Made by a program: the position numbers and the translations under genes. A DNA stretch of 64,000 nt, from the NCBI RefSeq assembly GCF_000150275.1, contig NW_002060980.1, positions 6,467-70,466 of the forward strand. The letters run 5' to 3'. Origin of the DNA: Trichoplax adhaerens. Its lineage: Eukaryota > Animalia > Placozoa. Below, piece after piece: positions 16,018 to 30,456 of the stretch (positions are counted from its first letter, which is position 1; every line of letters begins with the position of its first letter). The notes below the pieces were generated by a model. It did no database searches, was not told the DNA's origin, and saw only the letters and a program-made list of their open reading frames with translations.

Positions 16018-16733
16018 GGCGTTGGGCCTCAGCATTTCTGTGAATCAGTAATTCAAAATAGTTTAGGAGTAACAATTATTACTGAACTATTTTTAGCTAA
16101 ATTAATATTTCTTGTTTCAATTACCGGTTTTAATTATGCGATCATATGGCCTTAAATTTCCGAATTAATCTTTCAATATGTTTGTACAAACTGAGATCAT
16201 GGCACTATATGCTTCGACTACGCTCCTCTTGACAGTCAGGCTACAATCGTAAGTTCCTATAGCACTACATAATACTGTATTGGCAATATGCCTAATTGCT
16301 ACGTGTACGCCGTAAGAATTTCAGTTTTAGTTCGAACGGAAAGTACTAAAGTAGTAAACATCAATATACTTGCGAGTGTGCATTGGTCAGCCAGCTGTAT
16401 AGTATAGTGTACAATAGGCGGTTTCGGCCAAGAATATGTCTTGACTCTTAAATTTTTTGCTGAAACTATTCAACTAATGATCGTTGATCAAATCGACTGA
16501 AACTTTGCATGTGGGTTCAACTAATCATTCGTTGAATAGTTTCCGCAAAGAATTCAAGAGTGAAGACATTTTCTTGACAGAGCCTAGTGTACAATCATGC
16601 TACAAAAGTAGAAACAAAACTGTACCGTATGGTATAAACCACGACACAGAAATTCTGTGTATAGAGATTTGCGCTTAGTTGTGAGCATTTTGAGCGGGGC
16701 AACTGACTAACCGGTACAGAATATGCCATTTTG

Positions 16734-17177
16734 GATACTAAAGCAAAGAGTCACAGGCTTAGATTATATTAGGAAGTCAAGTTGATTAGGTCAACAGTAT
16801 GGACAATACAGAAAGGGAAGTTTTGGAGAATGTCACTCACTGGCAAGAGATGAGCGTAATGTATACAAGACTGTACTGTATATTATTCTCTTAACTTCGA
16901 TAAGTAAGCATAAGGTACTGTGTATGCAGAAATACAAGCAGATTTGGATACACTATTTCTGATACTAAAGCAAAGAGCCACAAGCTTCGATTTTATATTA
17001 GGAAGTCAAGTTAATTAAATCAACCGTACGGACATACCGTAAGGGAAGTTTTCGACAATGTCACTGGTAAGAGATGAGTGCGATCTATACTATACTGTAA
17101 ATCATTCTCTCAACTTCGATATGTAAACATCCAGTACTATACAGTATATGCTGTAATATCAGCAGATTTAGATCTAC
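16734..17177. repeat. Diverged tandem duplication of a ~227-bp unit
   Basis: gatactaaagcaaagag...attaggaagtcaagtt...aagggaagtttt...aatgtcact...aagagatgag...aacttcgata...agcagattt occurs at both 16734 and 16961. Confidence 0.85.
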
Positions 17178-17588
17178 GATGATGATTACAGAATCTTAGC
17201 AGTGTTCGGATTACAAAGTACATGCAGTAATCATAATAACCAAATATGTTACACTGTACAAGTACAAATTGTCCATTTTAACCATGATTTAACAGTCAAC
17301 AGTGGCCTAAATTGGAAAATGTCCTTTATTAAAAGTCCAAGCCATTCACTACATGCTCGTGTCTTACCAAGTCAACCCGAAACCCGACTGGAGGGAGGGA
17401 TTCGGGTTAAGTAATTCGTTTTCTGATAGAGTGTTTGTATAGTGATTGTACTCATTTCGGGTTTTCAAAATCAACAATTTGATGGGGTTGGATCGGGTTT
17501 GATCGGGTTCGGTTTGCCTTTATACTGTACTGACACTGTGTACAGTGTACAGTATCATGGACTACTCAATACTAAGTATTGTGTCCTG

Positions 17589-17880
17589 TACAGTATTTAG
17601 TACAGTAGTCCATGACAGTATTGTACTGTACAGTACAGTACTGCATTCCCTACTGACCTCACTTGTACAGTACAGTACATTGTACGGTAGTAAAAATGAA
17701 TAATCATACTGTAATAATAGAAATGATAATAAATACAGTATTTAGTACAGTAGTCCATGACAGTATTGTACTGTACAGTACAGTACTGCATTCCCTACTG
17801 ACCTCACTTGTACAGTACAGTACATTGTACGGTAGTAAAAATGAATAATCATACAGTAATAATAGAAATGAGAATAAATA
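17589..17880. repeat. Near-identical tandem duplication of a 145-bp ACAGT-rich unit
   Basis: tacagtatttagtacagtagtccatgac... starts at 17589 and again at 17734. Confidence 0.95.
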
Positions 17881-17921
17881 AATAAATAATAATAATGAAT
17901 TCATAAGCCTCATGATTTCAG

Positions 17922-17929
17922 TGACGTCA
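17922..17929. promoter_or_regulatory. Perfect CRE palindrome TGACGTCA upstream of ATG2
   Basis: gtgacgtcag, followed by a possible 5'UTR donor (cag|gtaac, 17951) and acceptor (ttaacag, ~18152). Confidence 0.4.
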
Positions 17930-18479
17930 GCGTAGCTCGGCTCCTGTCAGGTAACAAGTGCAGCGATGCCGATACTAGTGTGAGTAGTATATGAGTTGTA
18001 TGGAGATCAATCCACCAATCGTTCACCGTACTCTATTACCGATGTTACACTTGTGTATCAGCTGAATGAGGATTTGCGGTACTTTTGCCATATGACTTTG
18101 GTAAAGCTTTTAATAACAATAATAATAATAATATTGCAGTAGTACTTAACAGCAATCGGCAAGGTGAAGGCCAAGACGAAAATAAACTTAAATGCAGTAA
18201 AACTGTTCAAGAGCTACGGCAAGACCATAAACAATCCTGACGTAATGTTGTACATGAAGAAGAAATTGACACGGCGTTAATTCAAAATTTCCACATGTCC
18301 ACTTTCCAAATACTGATTACTTTCATGAATTAGAATATACAAGTCTAGAGAGAAAGTATCTCCCCAAAGCTTTCCATCTTTCATTCAATAAAACCTTTTA
18401 GTCCGTCTCTGGCACTCAACACTATTATACTGCCATTATAATCAATCATTTCAAGTCACCAAGAATCAAAATAGATGAT

Positions 18480-21400
18480 ATGAATATGTTTCCTCTTTGG
18501 CCTGAAGCTTTAAAGAAGCGAACATTACGTTACTTGATACAAAATTACTTAGGCAATTTCTTTCTCAAGAAATTGTCTTTAGAACAGCTATCGATTGATT
18601 TATACCAAGGGACAGGAACGATCGTAGACATTCCGTTGGATGTAGAAGTAAGTATCATGGCCTAAAATTGTCGAGAAGGATGTCTTCTACTATGAGTTGT
18701 AGTTTACAATTATAGTTGTTACTGATAGCATACGATGGCATAACTGTATAGCTTCCTATCTGCCTTTAGCTTCAATCATGTTTTGACTACAGCACTGTAT
18801 CATTACAGACATTTCTAGAACAACACTGTACTACTGATTGATTGAATTGACGCACACCATCATACTGCAGACGCTCAAAGTCATTTACTAGATCAAGATA
18901 GACGCTGTAAATGTTAGAAATCTCCGTTGGATTTCTTGATCAACTCATTCGACAACAGTACCGTACTGTTTTTACTCTTTAATATCGATGGCTTAGTGAC
19001 ATAGTACAGTATGGTCAGAGTAGGCAGTATGCTTCAAAAATACGTACAATGATACTATACAGAATATCATGGTTTTGGAAGATGATCATCGTAGATAAAC
19101 ATTGCATTCTAGCACAAATTATCTATCGCTGTCTCTGGGCTGTATCGAATTGAATAACTGTAAACCACAGTAATCACCAGTGCATTTCCCATATTACGCC
19201 TCGAGTTAATTTATCAAAACAAGCCAATCTCGCAGTGTAGAATAAAGAAACAAGGCATTCCCATTTGCGCTCTCTACAAACACACCTAATCGATTGACCT
19301 AATATCCTTGCAATAATAGTAAACTACATTTCTCAACTTATTTCACGGTTTTTCAATCCTATTTTACTGCTGTAGCTATTAAGAGTATTATAAGACTTAA
19401 ATTGAACGACAATTATCAATTATTGCATTAGGCTGTCAATGATATCCTTCAACAGTTCAATTTACCTTTTGCCCTAACATCCGGTACAATTGAGAAAATA
19501 GCCGTCTCCATTCCTTGGTCGGACTTGATGGGTAACAGTTGTACGTTGTATGTCAAAGGCCTAGAATTAATTCTAAGTGCTAAAACCGATTCTAACATAG
19601 GTAGGTTTAATGAGGTAAATTTGCGTAACTAAAATGATAAATCTTGATTCTATATAGTAGCCAGGATATCGCTACATTTAACGAGCATTTCTTACGCTAA
19701 TCTTGGTCCGAAAGGAATACATTTTTTTAATATTTTATTTCTCCAATTTCTCATAACCTCTTGTATACAAGCTAACTTGTTATTAGTATTCCTCATTACT
19801 AATATCTCATAAAGGATTCGTAGCTTATGATATAAAAAGTTGCCAAATAGCCTAATTTATAGACTAGGAACACTTTCATTACTCGGTGTTAGCAGACCAT
19901 TTCCCGGAATATTAAAGACTTCTCATTTATTATAGAGAAAATGGCGGATTCCTTTCTACGAAGTTCAACAATGGCAGCAAGGTGATATTGCTATATTATA
20001 CAGTGATTTCCATAACAGAAGTAAATAAATCTTTGTTGAAATCATAACACACCTTCTAACCTTTAACATTTCGTACTTGAATGTTGATGTACTGTACTAT
20101 ACATAATATTTCTTACACTGTACGATATCTTCAAAGATATCATTAAACTATACGCGTAAAAAGCAATATAACTGACAATAACGTTACGAATATGCAAATT
20201 ATAAACAGTTTATGGCTAGATATACAGTATATTTTCGATCTATTTATCATTAATTTATGTTAATTCTGTATGGATCAAAATGAATTTATTTCATTGACAA
20301 ATAAATCCATGCACATATCAAGATAATTACAGTGTTCTTTTTATATAAACAGTGTTCAAATTGCTCAAGAATGCTTTTTAAAAGAGGAAGAAAACCAATT
20401 TACTACGAATCGTAAATTTGAAGGATTAGAAACATTTGCAAAATCCATCGAATCAAGTGCGTATCTCAAATAAATTACAATTACCTAGTGTTGTATAGCA
20501 CCGTAAAATAATGAATTTACTTTACCGTATGAATGCGGTGGATTAACAATAGCACATTTGTAAAATTTATACTTCTAAAATTTGGGCAGCGCGATAGTAT
20601 TAATTTAATGGGTACAATGAAATCGAATGTGTATAGTAATAGACTACGTCGATATACAGTATTTGTAACCAAATTTAATATTAACTGATCATTTTTGGCT
20701 AGTTCTCTCTCGTATTGAGGTAACATTCGAGGACACAGTTGTAAGATTCGAGGAACTTTCTAATTCAAACATTGGCATTGGCTTAGAAATTCACATTCAA
20801 CGGTAATATAGTAATGGCTAGATTTTAATAATTCAAAGTAAGCTATCGATACTTGATAATTAAGCAATGCATGTTTAAATTTACTAAAGAAAGGAAAGCC
20901 GAATTCTAGATAAATTAATATTTAAAAGTATGTAGAATCAAAAAAAACTAGTCCATTATATCAAAATTGACCAGTTTTTAAATATTGAAATTCTAGCGTA
21001 AATTTCATCATATTATGCATACCAATCATTACAGCATAGCTGAAAAGATGTCCAAGAGACGGCCAGTCTTTCTATAGGAACCTAAGACTTTCAATATTTC
21101 CAACATATCAATTTACAACTGAAAAGTGATATAATAAACTTTTAGAAACGGAGACAATTGAATTACAATGTTAACTACAGTGCCGTTAGCTATAGCTAAT
21201 GAAATTGCAATAGGTTTTATAATAGAACCAAAAAATTGAATACCTGCACTTTAATCATGACAGGTTACGCTATTCTGACAACCAGGATGAGGCAGATATC
21301 AATACTGTTAATCCTGAAGACCTTTACAACTTAAACAAAAGAACTGCTACGAATTTAAGTGCTCAAAAATTTTTGTCATTACACGGCGTCTCATTGCATG

Positions 21401-24400
21401 TAGACGAATTTGATGACTCTGTTGGAACTTTAAAACAAGAACCGCTCGATGATTCTGAGTTTCGAAGCTGCCTAAATGACAGCATGTCTGAATCCATGAT
21501 CAACACTAGATTTACTGCAAGTCAAAGCTATACTAGAACGCGAAAAGATATTAATTATACCATGCTTTCAACCAAGATTGCGGCATTTTCTGGCAAACAG
21601 GAAATAACATTTAAATTTGATAACAGTCAAGCAAGACAACGGGTAATTACTGCTATTTAAAAGTAAAGAAACTATACATATATCTTTGGCTATTAATATA
21701 AATATCTATTAACATTATTATTCCTATTAATATAGCTGGAAATCGACTGTTGCTTTAGTACTTTAAATGTTTTCGCGACGTCCAAGCATATATGTATGTT
21801 AACAGAGGTAATTTCAGCCTTGGCATCTCCAGGTGAGTGTACTCTATAATAACAGATTATGCTAATACTTACACGTATATATTCAATAGAATAAATAACT
21901 TTAGTCACATTCTTTATAACGATCATCTACAGATTTAAATTTCTCGTTGCAGCTCAATTGTATATTGTATTTATTCAAGATTTAATTCTCTTGCAGTTAA
22001 TGGAAATTACAACGAAAAGAAATTTCAAAGAATAGTAAATAAACCAATGAAAAAAGAAGATTTTCATCGAGTGGAATTAGATTTAGAGCAACAGCTCGGA
22101 AATAAACGGAATCAGGGCTTTGATTCACTAATTAATAGCAACTACATTGGGTAAGTGAATACAAAATATTTAGTACGTTCGTTATTGTTGACTTTTACCT
22201 TGAAAGAAATCTTATTACTAAACAGCGATTTAGAAGCATCGACCGACCCTTGTTCCTTGGATGATTCAGAAAGTTTTTATTCGTTTCATGGCAATCATCC
22301 ATCATCGGAATTAACCAGTCCTACGACGCCGAAAACTTCAAATGATTCAAAGCCTGGTAAAGTGATATTCACTTTATAATACTAATTTAATACTAATTAC
22401 TGTTGGCTAAGATATATTCGCTTTTCTTTATTTGAATCTTTTCTTACTTAGATGGACGAAAAACTTTCACGTATTCATCGAATTCATCTTCAAATAATAA
22501 TATATCAGATGCTGCCGTAACGCAAACCCATGTATTGGTCAAAGCTATATTTTCAAGTATATCGATCACTGTCATAAACGTTCAGCTGACATCACCGTCA
22601 TCGTCTATAGATAAGGAAAACTATTTCGACTTCTCTGACATCAATGTTCAATTCTTTAATATCGTGGATAAAGAATTTAAGGAAGGTTTTGGTAGAAAGG
22701 ATTTTGAAAAAGTGGAATCAGTGTACTGTCGAGCATGCAAACATGATCATTTGCGGTAACTTGTAATATTACCCTTCATAATATAATTTTATTAAGCCTT
22801 TATATGACATCTTGCATTTATTTTAACACAACATGTATTTACTGTAATCAGGTTAATCATGGCTCCCTTAATGCTGCAATGTGAAATTTCTTCGGACACA
22901 TTATCGATAGAGACCAAAATTGGTGCGATTGAATTGATAGAACACTTTTATCGCGGTAATACATATGATGGTTGTGCTACTGGAAAGATTGGTAAAACAA
23001 ACCAGGTTGGAGCCAATATTATAGCTTAGTAGCAAATAAATAGGTCTGACTTATGCGTGGTGTATTTAAATTGCTTATAGTTGCTTTCATCGACATTTGC
23101 TGGTTATCCTAATCGATTTAAACCAGATACACCATCGAAAAATACGAATGAACCATTTTTGGTTGTTGGAATGACCAAACATTCTTCGTCGAGGGTGTGT
23201 TGCTTAGTTATTTTTTGTTATGTTTAGCATAATAATAACATTTTCAACTATTTAATTCAAACAATATACATTTGCTTCATGTTGTATGCATATCTTGTAA
23301 TCAAAGAACAACGTCAATGCCAGTACAAAAGTCAATCTCAAATTAAATGCTCCTTTGTATTGCGAGCTTGATATTACTTTTATGGATCGGTGGCATGAGT
23401 TATTCAGTCTTCGTAGAAAATTCAGTAACTCCGCATCCCATAGCGGTCAATTTCGTAAACAGAACTCTAATGTAAGCATTAGTTGACTAAAATTGTGCAT
23501 TTAAAGTTTACAGAACGTATACTCTTTGACATAACAATATTTAATAGACCATGCAGGGAATTTTCCGGCAAACATTAGAAGAACCAAGTTCATCTTCGCA
23601 AGATCTTGCACTTAAAGTTAATGTTGCTTATCTTATCATGTCAGTTCGGTAAGGCGATCTACCTAATGTTTTCGTGAAAAAATTGTAATTTCTTTGTCAT
23701 TATATATTTTTACTAGTTTTCCCATCGCTGACAAGCGACCAAGCTATGACCCTTGTCGTCATCAGTGGTGGCAGTACTCTCTTAGGGAAGAAAGGCTGAT
23801 ATTAAATTTTTCAAAGATTGAAGCGGATATCTCGAGAAATTCAGATGACAATATTTTGTACGATTTCGCGTTTAAAGATATGAAAGGTGATATTATATAT
23901 TTATGTGTCCATATGTGTATATAAGCAGCTACTTGATAGCAAACATAACTTAATAAAACTAGCTAATGAAACTAAATGTCTTTTGTAATGTAACGAAATT
24001 CTAGGTTACATAGTGACTGCTGATGATGGCGACCTAATTCAGCTACTTACAACTGATGTTAATCAAAGTTCAGGTGAAGAAATAGATAGGGATCTAGTAT
24101 CGTCTAGGTGAGATGCAGTATTAAACAGTTTATTATTATTTTTTAACTGAATTATATCTGTGTACACGAGTATCTAATTCACTAAACCGTGTTTAATTTG
24201 ATCTGTTGAAGGATTATAATACATGTACAAAATCCTCAAAGGATATCTGCGTTAGAAGATTCCGAAATACGGGAAACGCAGTCTCAGAATGCAGATAGTG
24301 AATTTCAATTACCTAGAAGTGAACCATCACCGTTTTCTAGAAAACAAGTAATATACGAAGCTGAAAAAGTAAGCTTTTATTGTGTGTAATACTTTATTTG

Positions 24401-27400
24401 GGTGCTAGATTTGTCTTATACTAAGAGCTCCCTAATTTACAAATAAATCTTCCCTTCTGTTATTTTTTATAAGCTTATTGTTGCTGGCGATGAAGCGGAA
24501 ATGATAGAATTTCAAGAAAGTGCATCTTCTACTGCAAGAGTACATATTGAAATTAGTTTACCAGATGTAGAACTGTTCCTTCCTGATCACAATACGTTGG
24601 AGTTATTATATAATAGGTTAGCAATTGCTTTGAGAATTCCCATGGCAAGTATTGCAAATTGACGATAAGTTCATTACTTTAATATTATACTCGATGTGGA
24701 ACAGGTTAAGTAATGATTTGCTGTTATGGGAACCATCGGCTCCTATCCCAGCTATAAGTCAGTCTTGGACAGATTGTACTGATGGACTTGGAATAACGAG
24801 CAACTTATTATTAGAACGTCAAGACAAGTTCGTGATGTGTAAATCGTCCATCAAGCAAGGTAAGCGATTGAGATTTATAAATAAACAACCAGTTATTCTA
24901 TGTACTTATTAATAACATTATAACTTTGCTTATTAATATATGACTCTTATCTAATTACCTAACATAATTCTAAACTATATCATTAGAATCATTCTCTTCC
25001 TCGGATGAGGATGAAAGCAATCCACCACTTAATTTACAAAAAAACAAAAAACGATCACAAACCAGCAATAATCGTAGTAATATAGGGATAACGTTACACT
25101 TTGGACATGCCAGAATAGGTTTTTGTTCTGAAATTCAGGTAATGAAGCTATTTGAGTAGCCTAATATCTTACTCAATACGCTTACTTTTGTTAAATTTTA
25201 TATCGATTAACGTTCCTATATCTGGCTCATTTAGGATTATCGCCTTAAGCAAGTATTTGTCATTGATAACCTGTGCGTGTTCGTAGTTTCAAACTATGAA
25301 GGAATTGAGGGGTTACAGTATATTTGCGCTCATACTGGCTCCGTATGGTTGTATCAAGGCATAATATATGATATGCTATCGGAGGATAATAATAATTGTA
25401 ATGTAGACGGTAATAACATCATTTGATATACGTTTTAATAGTTTATCTTATTACCTGAAATTTTGGGCTGTGCGATGTGTAATATAGGCAGCTCTAATGT
25501 TATACCATTATATTGACAGATTTACGTTTAATAATCCATCCAGCTGTTAGACCAAATGAAAATAACCAATACGTTGATGCTACTGCTAGCAAAAATAAGA
25601 TGCTCTACTTAGCTGTAAAAATATCTTATAATGAAGTGCAACATGTAAAGGTATAGCATGATACACAATATTGCATTTAGCGTAGTAATGATACTAATAC
25701 GTATCATATGTTAAGGATGCTATTGTAGCCTTAAATTTGAAGTACGCTGTTCTAAAGCATGAAATCGTACCTAAAGAACAAAATTGGCTAACTCAAGTAC
25801 TGCAGTATAATAGAATGTTTCCATTACGATTCATTTGGCAAGGGTGTGCTGTTATGCTATAACTGACAAACTAAATTGATATTACTCTTAAAAATTGCTT
25901 GCAGGTACAAAATTTCTTCGATGTAATAGATATTAGCGTACCTGGTTATGTGCCAGCTACTAATGTAACGATGGTAAATGTAAACGTATTTGATTGTGGG
26001 ATCGATTATAGGTAATGTAAGCATATGTAATATTGCCCATGGAAATATTTCTTCAGTCTAACATGATATCAAAAATCTCTTTGCATATTCAGGCCACGAC
26101 ATTTGCAACATTGCTGCTATGTAGACATAGGAACACTATATCTATCAACAAATGTTGTCGCTAAGGCATCGTCGTCACTTTTGAGGTATTGACTGTAGCG
26201 TTGATGGTACATCTGTGGCATATTTACGATTTAGTATCACCATATTAGCGGCCTTAACTATATACCCATCTTACTGACTAACTAGGATAATATTACAAAA
26301 TGCTTTCTTACACATATCCGGCTATAAAATCACCGAATTGATCGATTTATCTTCAGGTATTATGACTTGATCGATGAATATGTAATGGTTAAGTCATATA
26401 CAGCCCACAAAACTTGCAAATGTAATGTCATTACCCCAAAGCTGCACACAAGTTATACTATCTGTTTTGTAACAATAATTAGATTATGCCAAAGTTATAG
26501 AAGTCAAGGTATTCGATGTTATCATCCGATTGCAGGAAGATCCTGATAAGGCAGGAAATCTTTAATCAAAATAGATGATTTATTTCCTGTTAATACTAAC
26601 TTTTATCAATTTCATGAGATAAGATTTCTGATTACATTTACTAATTTGATGATAACATGAAATGCAGAAAGTTCCTAAGGTGGACATTTCCGCCGCTAGA
26701 AATTCAATAGTTATTACGACATGTGCGGATTCGCTTCAAGCGCTTATGAATATCATGCAATATATGGCATCAGATGGGGACTTGAACGATGAGATATTTG
26801 ACGATTCCAATAACGTGAATATTTATATAACTTTGTTTGATCAAAGGATAAATCCATTTCAAATTTATGTTTATTATAATTAAAACTATTAATCAATTGT
26901 TATTATCTTATACTAGAGCTTGCAAGTTCATAGCAACCCACAAAATGAACCTGTCGTTGACGTTGAAGATTTAATTCTTGATGCTATTAATGAATCTCCT
27001 GACGAACGATTAAATGTATGTGTTCTGAAGATGGGAAGTCATTTTTTGGCTTTTAAAATCGTGGTACTAGATAGCTGTAACTCATTATAATTTGCAGGTG
27101 AACGCAGCAAGTAAATCCGAAGGTAGAGATAACAAAAAGTGGGAATTAGATACTGAAATCTGTCATTCGAACACGTTGGAAGACAGATATGAATATCAAT
27201 CAAATGACAAAGATAATCTCAAAATATCAGTGAATGAAGAATTTGAAGTTATTGATCTTCCTTATTCAAATCGTCAGGTATGATTAACATAAACCTACAG
27301 ATAAATAGATTCTATGTTTTGTATTAATGTAATCCGCATAAAGGATAACCGTATAAAAATATTATTTTTGAAATCAGTTCACTGCAAAATGTTTGCGTAA

Positions 27401-30400
27401 ATATGTATATCCATAATTAAAGTATGTTAAAGTATTTTTGCATATCACTTACTATTTTTACGTTAGTAAATTTTAAAACTGGTCTGCAGTTTTTATTTTA
27501 ACCAAATATTTCACTACAGGAATCAGCTCCTTTAGTAGAGAAATTAATCGATGAAGACATTGTGCTAGCGGAGAGTCATTTTACTCCAACGGTGTGTACA
27601 TTCGCTTGTACTAAATAAATTTAGGAAATTATCATAGTTAATGTTTAACATTACGATAACGCTGTTAAAAATTTATCACTTATTGAAATAGAATTCGCGT
27701 TTGGATGCACTAGCAGCTCCCCCACATTTTCCTATTCCTATTGCACGGTATAGTTTAAGTGGATTGGATTTAGTATGGCGTTTACACAGTGGCAATGACT
27801 TTATGAAAGGAAAGCACTCTGAAAAAAACGAAGAGAAAGACGACATCGCTAACACCGAAGCGGCCCCTGCCCAGAGTAGACCCAAGTATAATAGTTATTG
27901 ATAACTACTGTTTATTAACTTAGGCCAGGATAATAACATTGAAAACTTTATACCACGTTAGCTCATCAAACGGGACTGAAGCGTGGAAATATCAAGAGCG
28001 TGATAACAATTCTTACATGGAATTTTTTTTTGATAAGGTAAGATAAAACTTCTATAACATTACGTTCTGTGTACTCTAGATTACTAACGTATATTTATTA
28101 TCTCACAGATCCGATTAAATTATGAAGAATATCCTGAAGAGTGTGAACAATTTTCAAGAATTGTATTTATTATTCGTGAAATGGAAATTCGAGATAATCT
28201 GTCTGTATCGCAATTTAAAAAATTTATGTACTTATACTCATCAACGGATGTACCACGACAGACATATGCGGATATGGTAAGAAATTCATGTTCCAATGCG
28301 AATAATTAATTTATTTATTTATTAAAAAGTCTTTATGAGATCAAAAACTTCCTATAATAATTTCGAAATCTTTCCTTTTCAGTTAACGCTGAAATTGCTA
28401 TTCCTTCGTCCGGAGCCTTTACAATCAATGAAAGAATGTTGCCTAAAGGTGTCAGTACTACCACTGAGATTTAATATCGATCAGGTCGGAGTAGGAATAT
28501 ATCTGTATTTGTATTATAACCGGTTTGATATAATATACTAATAATAGGCTTCCTATTCACTTCTAGGATGCGTTAATATTTTTAAGAAAATTTTTTACGA
28601 CCGTCAATGGTAATACAGTAATAAACTAATTCATTTATTATCTTTGATATTGATGATATTTAAGCAATTGATACGCATGCTTCTGATAAAATAGGATAGG
28701 TACTATATCAGTATGTCAAATTTTTATTCTATTTAGAAAATAAATTAAATGTGTACACTTATACTGACACCTTGCTGTTCACAGAATTATCATTGGCAGT
28801 CAATGTAGAGTGTAGTGATACTGACATGCAAAATCGTGAACCTTCGCTTCCTATTGTACAAGATGCAGCCGCTGTAAGAAATATTTAGTAATATCAAAAG
28901 ATTCTAAGCAGCGATTTGAATTGCAAACCCTTGCATACGTTTAATGCAGATAACTACTTAAAATATTAGTAATATTATCAAAGCTCCGAACTTTATTTTG
29001 TGGCAGTACTGTACTACAGCTATTATGTAAACCTATATTTTTACTGATTTTCTAAACACAGATTAGCTCGCACGAACCAGACGGATCAATAGACGATACA
29101 AACAGCGAGATACCTCCTTTGTATATCAAATCTTTCGTATTTACACCAGATTTACTGATTAGAATTGATTATCAGGGTAAAAGAATTGATACGCAACAGG
29201 TAGATCAATAATACTACTAATTTGTGTATGTACGTGATTGTCTTTCGTTAGGCAATGCAATATTAGATACTTTATTATGTCAGACATATTACATACATGA
29301 TTTTGTTGGATAGGGCTTAATTGCTGGTATCATAATGGGCTTAGCGCAATTTAATAGTTCAGAATTAAAGTTTAAGTCTCTCTCATGCAAGAGCGGGTAA
29401 GACTATTTTATGATATCATGAAATATTAAATAATTTTTACTTTACAACTAATCTCATATTAATTTAAAGTTACTAACTGTAAGAAAATCTTTCTGATTAA
29501 AATGCTGCTTTCTTAAAAGATTGCTTGGTTTTAATAAACTACTGGAATATATCACTACTGAATGGTTGAATCACTTAAAGAGTCAATTTCCTACTTTGCT
29601 TGGTTCTGTTGGACCAATGACAACTATCGTACAATTAAGTATGAAGATTAATGGAAATTAATTTTTAGAATATTTTTGATTGAATTGCGACTTTTACTAA
29701 TTTTCCCATCTACAATATAATATAAAATTGTGACCCTCAATACTTGCAGTTCATGGATTTGTTGATTTATTGTGGTTGCCCGTACAGCAATATCGCAAAG
29801 ACGGTAGAATTCTACGTGGTGTTCAACGTGGTGCAAGTTCGTTCACAACATCGTCGACTACAGCTTTACTAGAATTTACAGGGCGCATTATTTCTGCTTT
29901 ACAGGTATTCTACATTTTTGAGTTATTACATACTGATTTATGTAAGATTTATTGCAGGCTTTATTTATTTATAGCATGCAGCAGAGTTTACTTATAATAT
30001 CGTAACTCCAGAAGTCCCTGGCAGTAAACAACGAATTCAGCATCGACATGTTGCTATTAGAAAATCGAATAATGCCCCAGCTAATGTTAAGGAAGGATTA
30101 TCGAGGGCAATGCAAGTAGTAACGGAGGTAACAAGAGAAAGATGTTGCACTTGCACTTGCTTATGTACTGTACGACTATCGTTTTATTATTCAATTTGTT
30201 CTACTTATAGGGATTTAATGAAACAGCATCAACAATGATGTACGTTGCTTCCAGGGAGCGCGAAGAAAAAGGTGTTTCTGGAGCTGTGGGTGGAATATTG
30301 AAACGGTTACCTTCTGCAGTAGTTCAGCCATTTATATTAGCAACTCAGGCAACTAATCAAGTGATTGATGGTGTTAAAAATCAACTAGTGCCTGACGCAT

Positions 30401-30456
30401 TACACGAAGCAACGGAGAAATGGAAAGCAGAAAAAAGTGATGAAGACTTACAATAA
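18480..30456 (+). CDS. ATG2: Autophagy-related protein 2 (lipid transfer protein), more than 30 exons
   Basis: Chorein-N start LKKRTLRYLIQNYLGNFFLKKLSLEQLSIDLYQGTG (exon 1, 18480-18647). Internal motifs EGLETFAKSIESILSRIEVTFEDTVVR, RLSNDLLLWEPSAP, TCADSLQALMNIMQYMASDGDL, LKVSVLPLRFNIDQD and WLPVQQYRKDGRILRGVQRGASSF. C-terminus GVSGAVGGILKRLPSAVVQP..QLVPD. Confidence 0.97.

Noticed and set aside
17597-17913. Tyr/Cys/Thr/Val-rich ORFs (also 36273-36669)
   Set aside because: Translations of ACAGT repeats.
19303-19450. ATATCCTT words as U12 donors in ATG2
   Set aside because: One is mid-intron and one is inside an exon; the flanking junctions are normal GT-AG.
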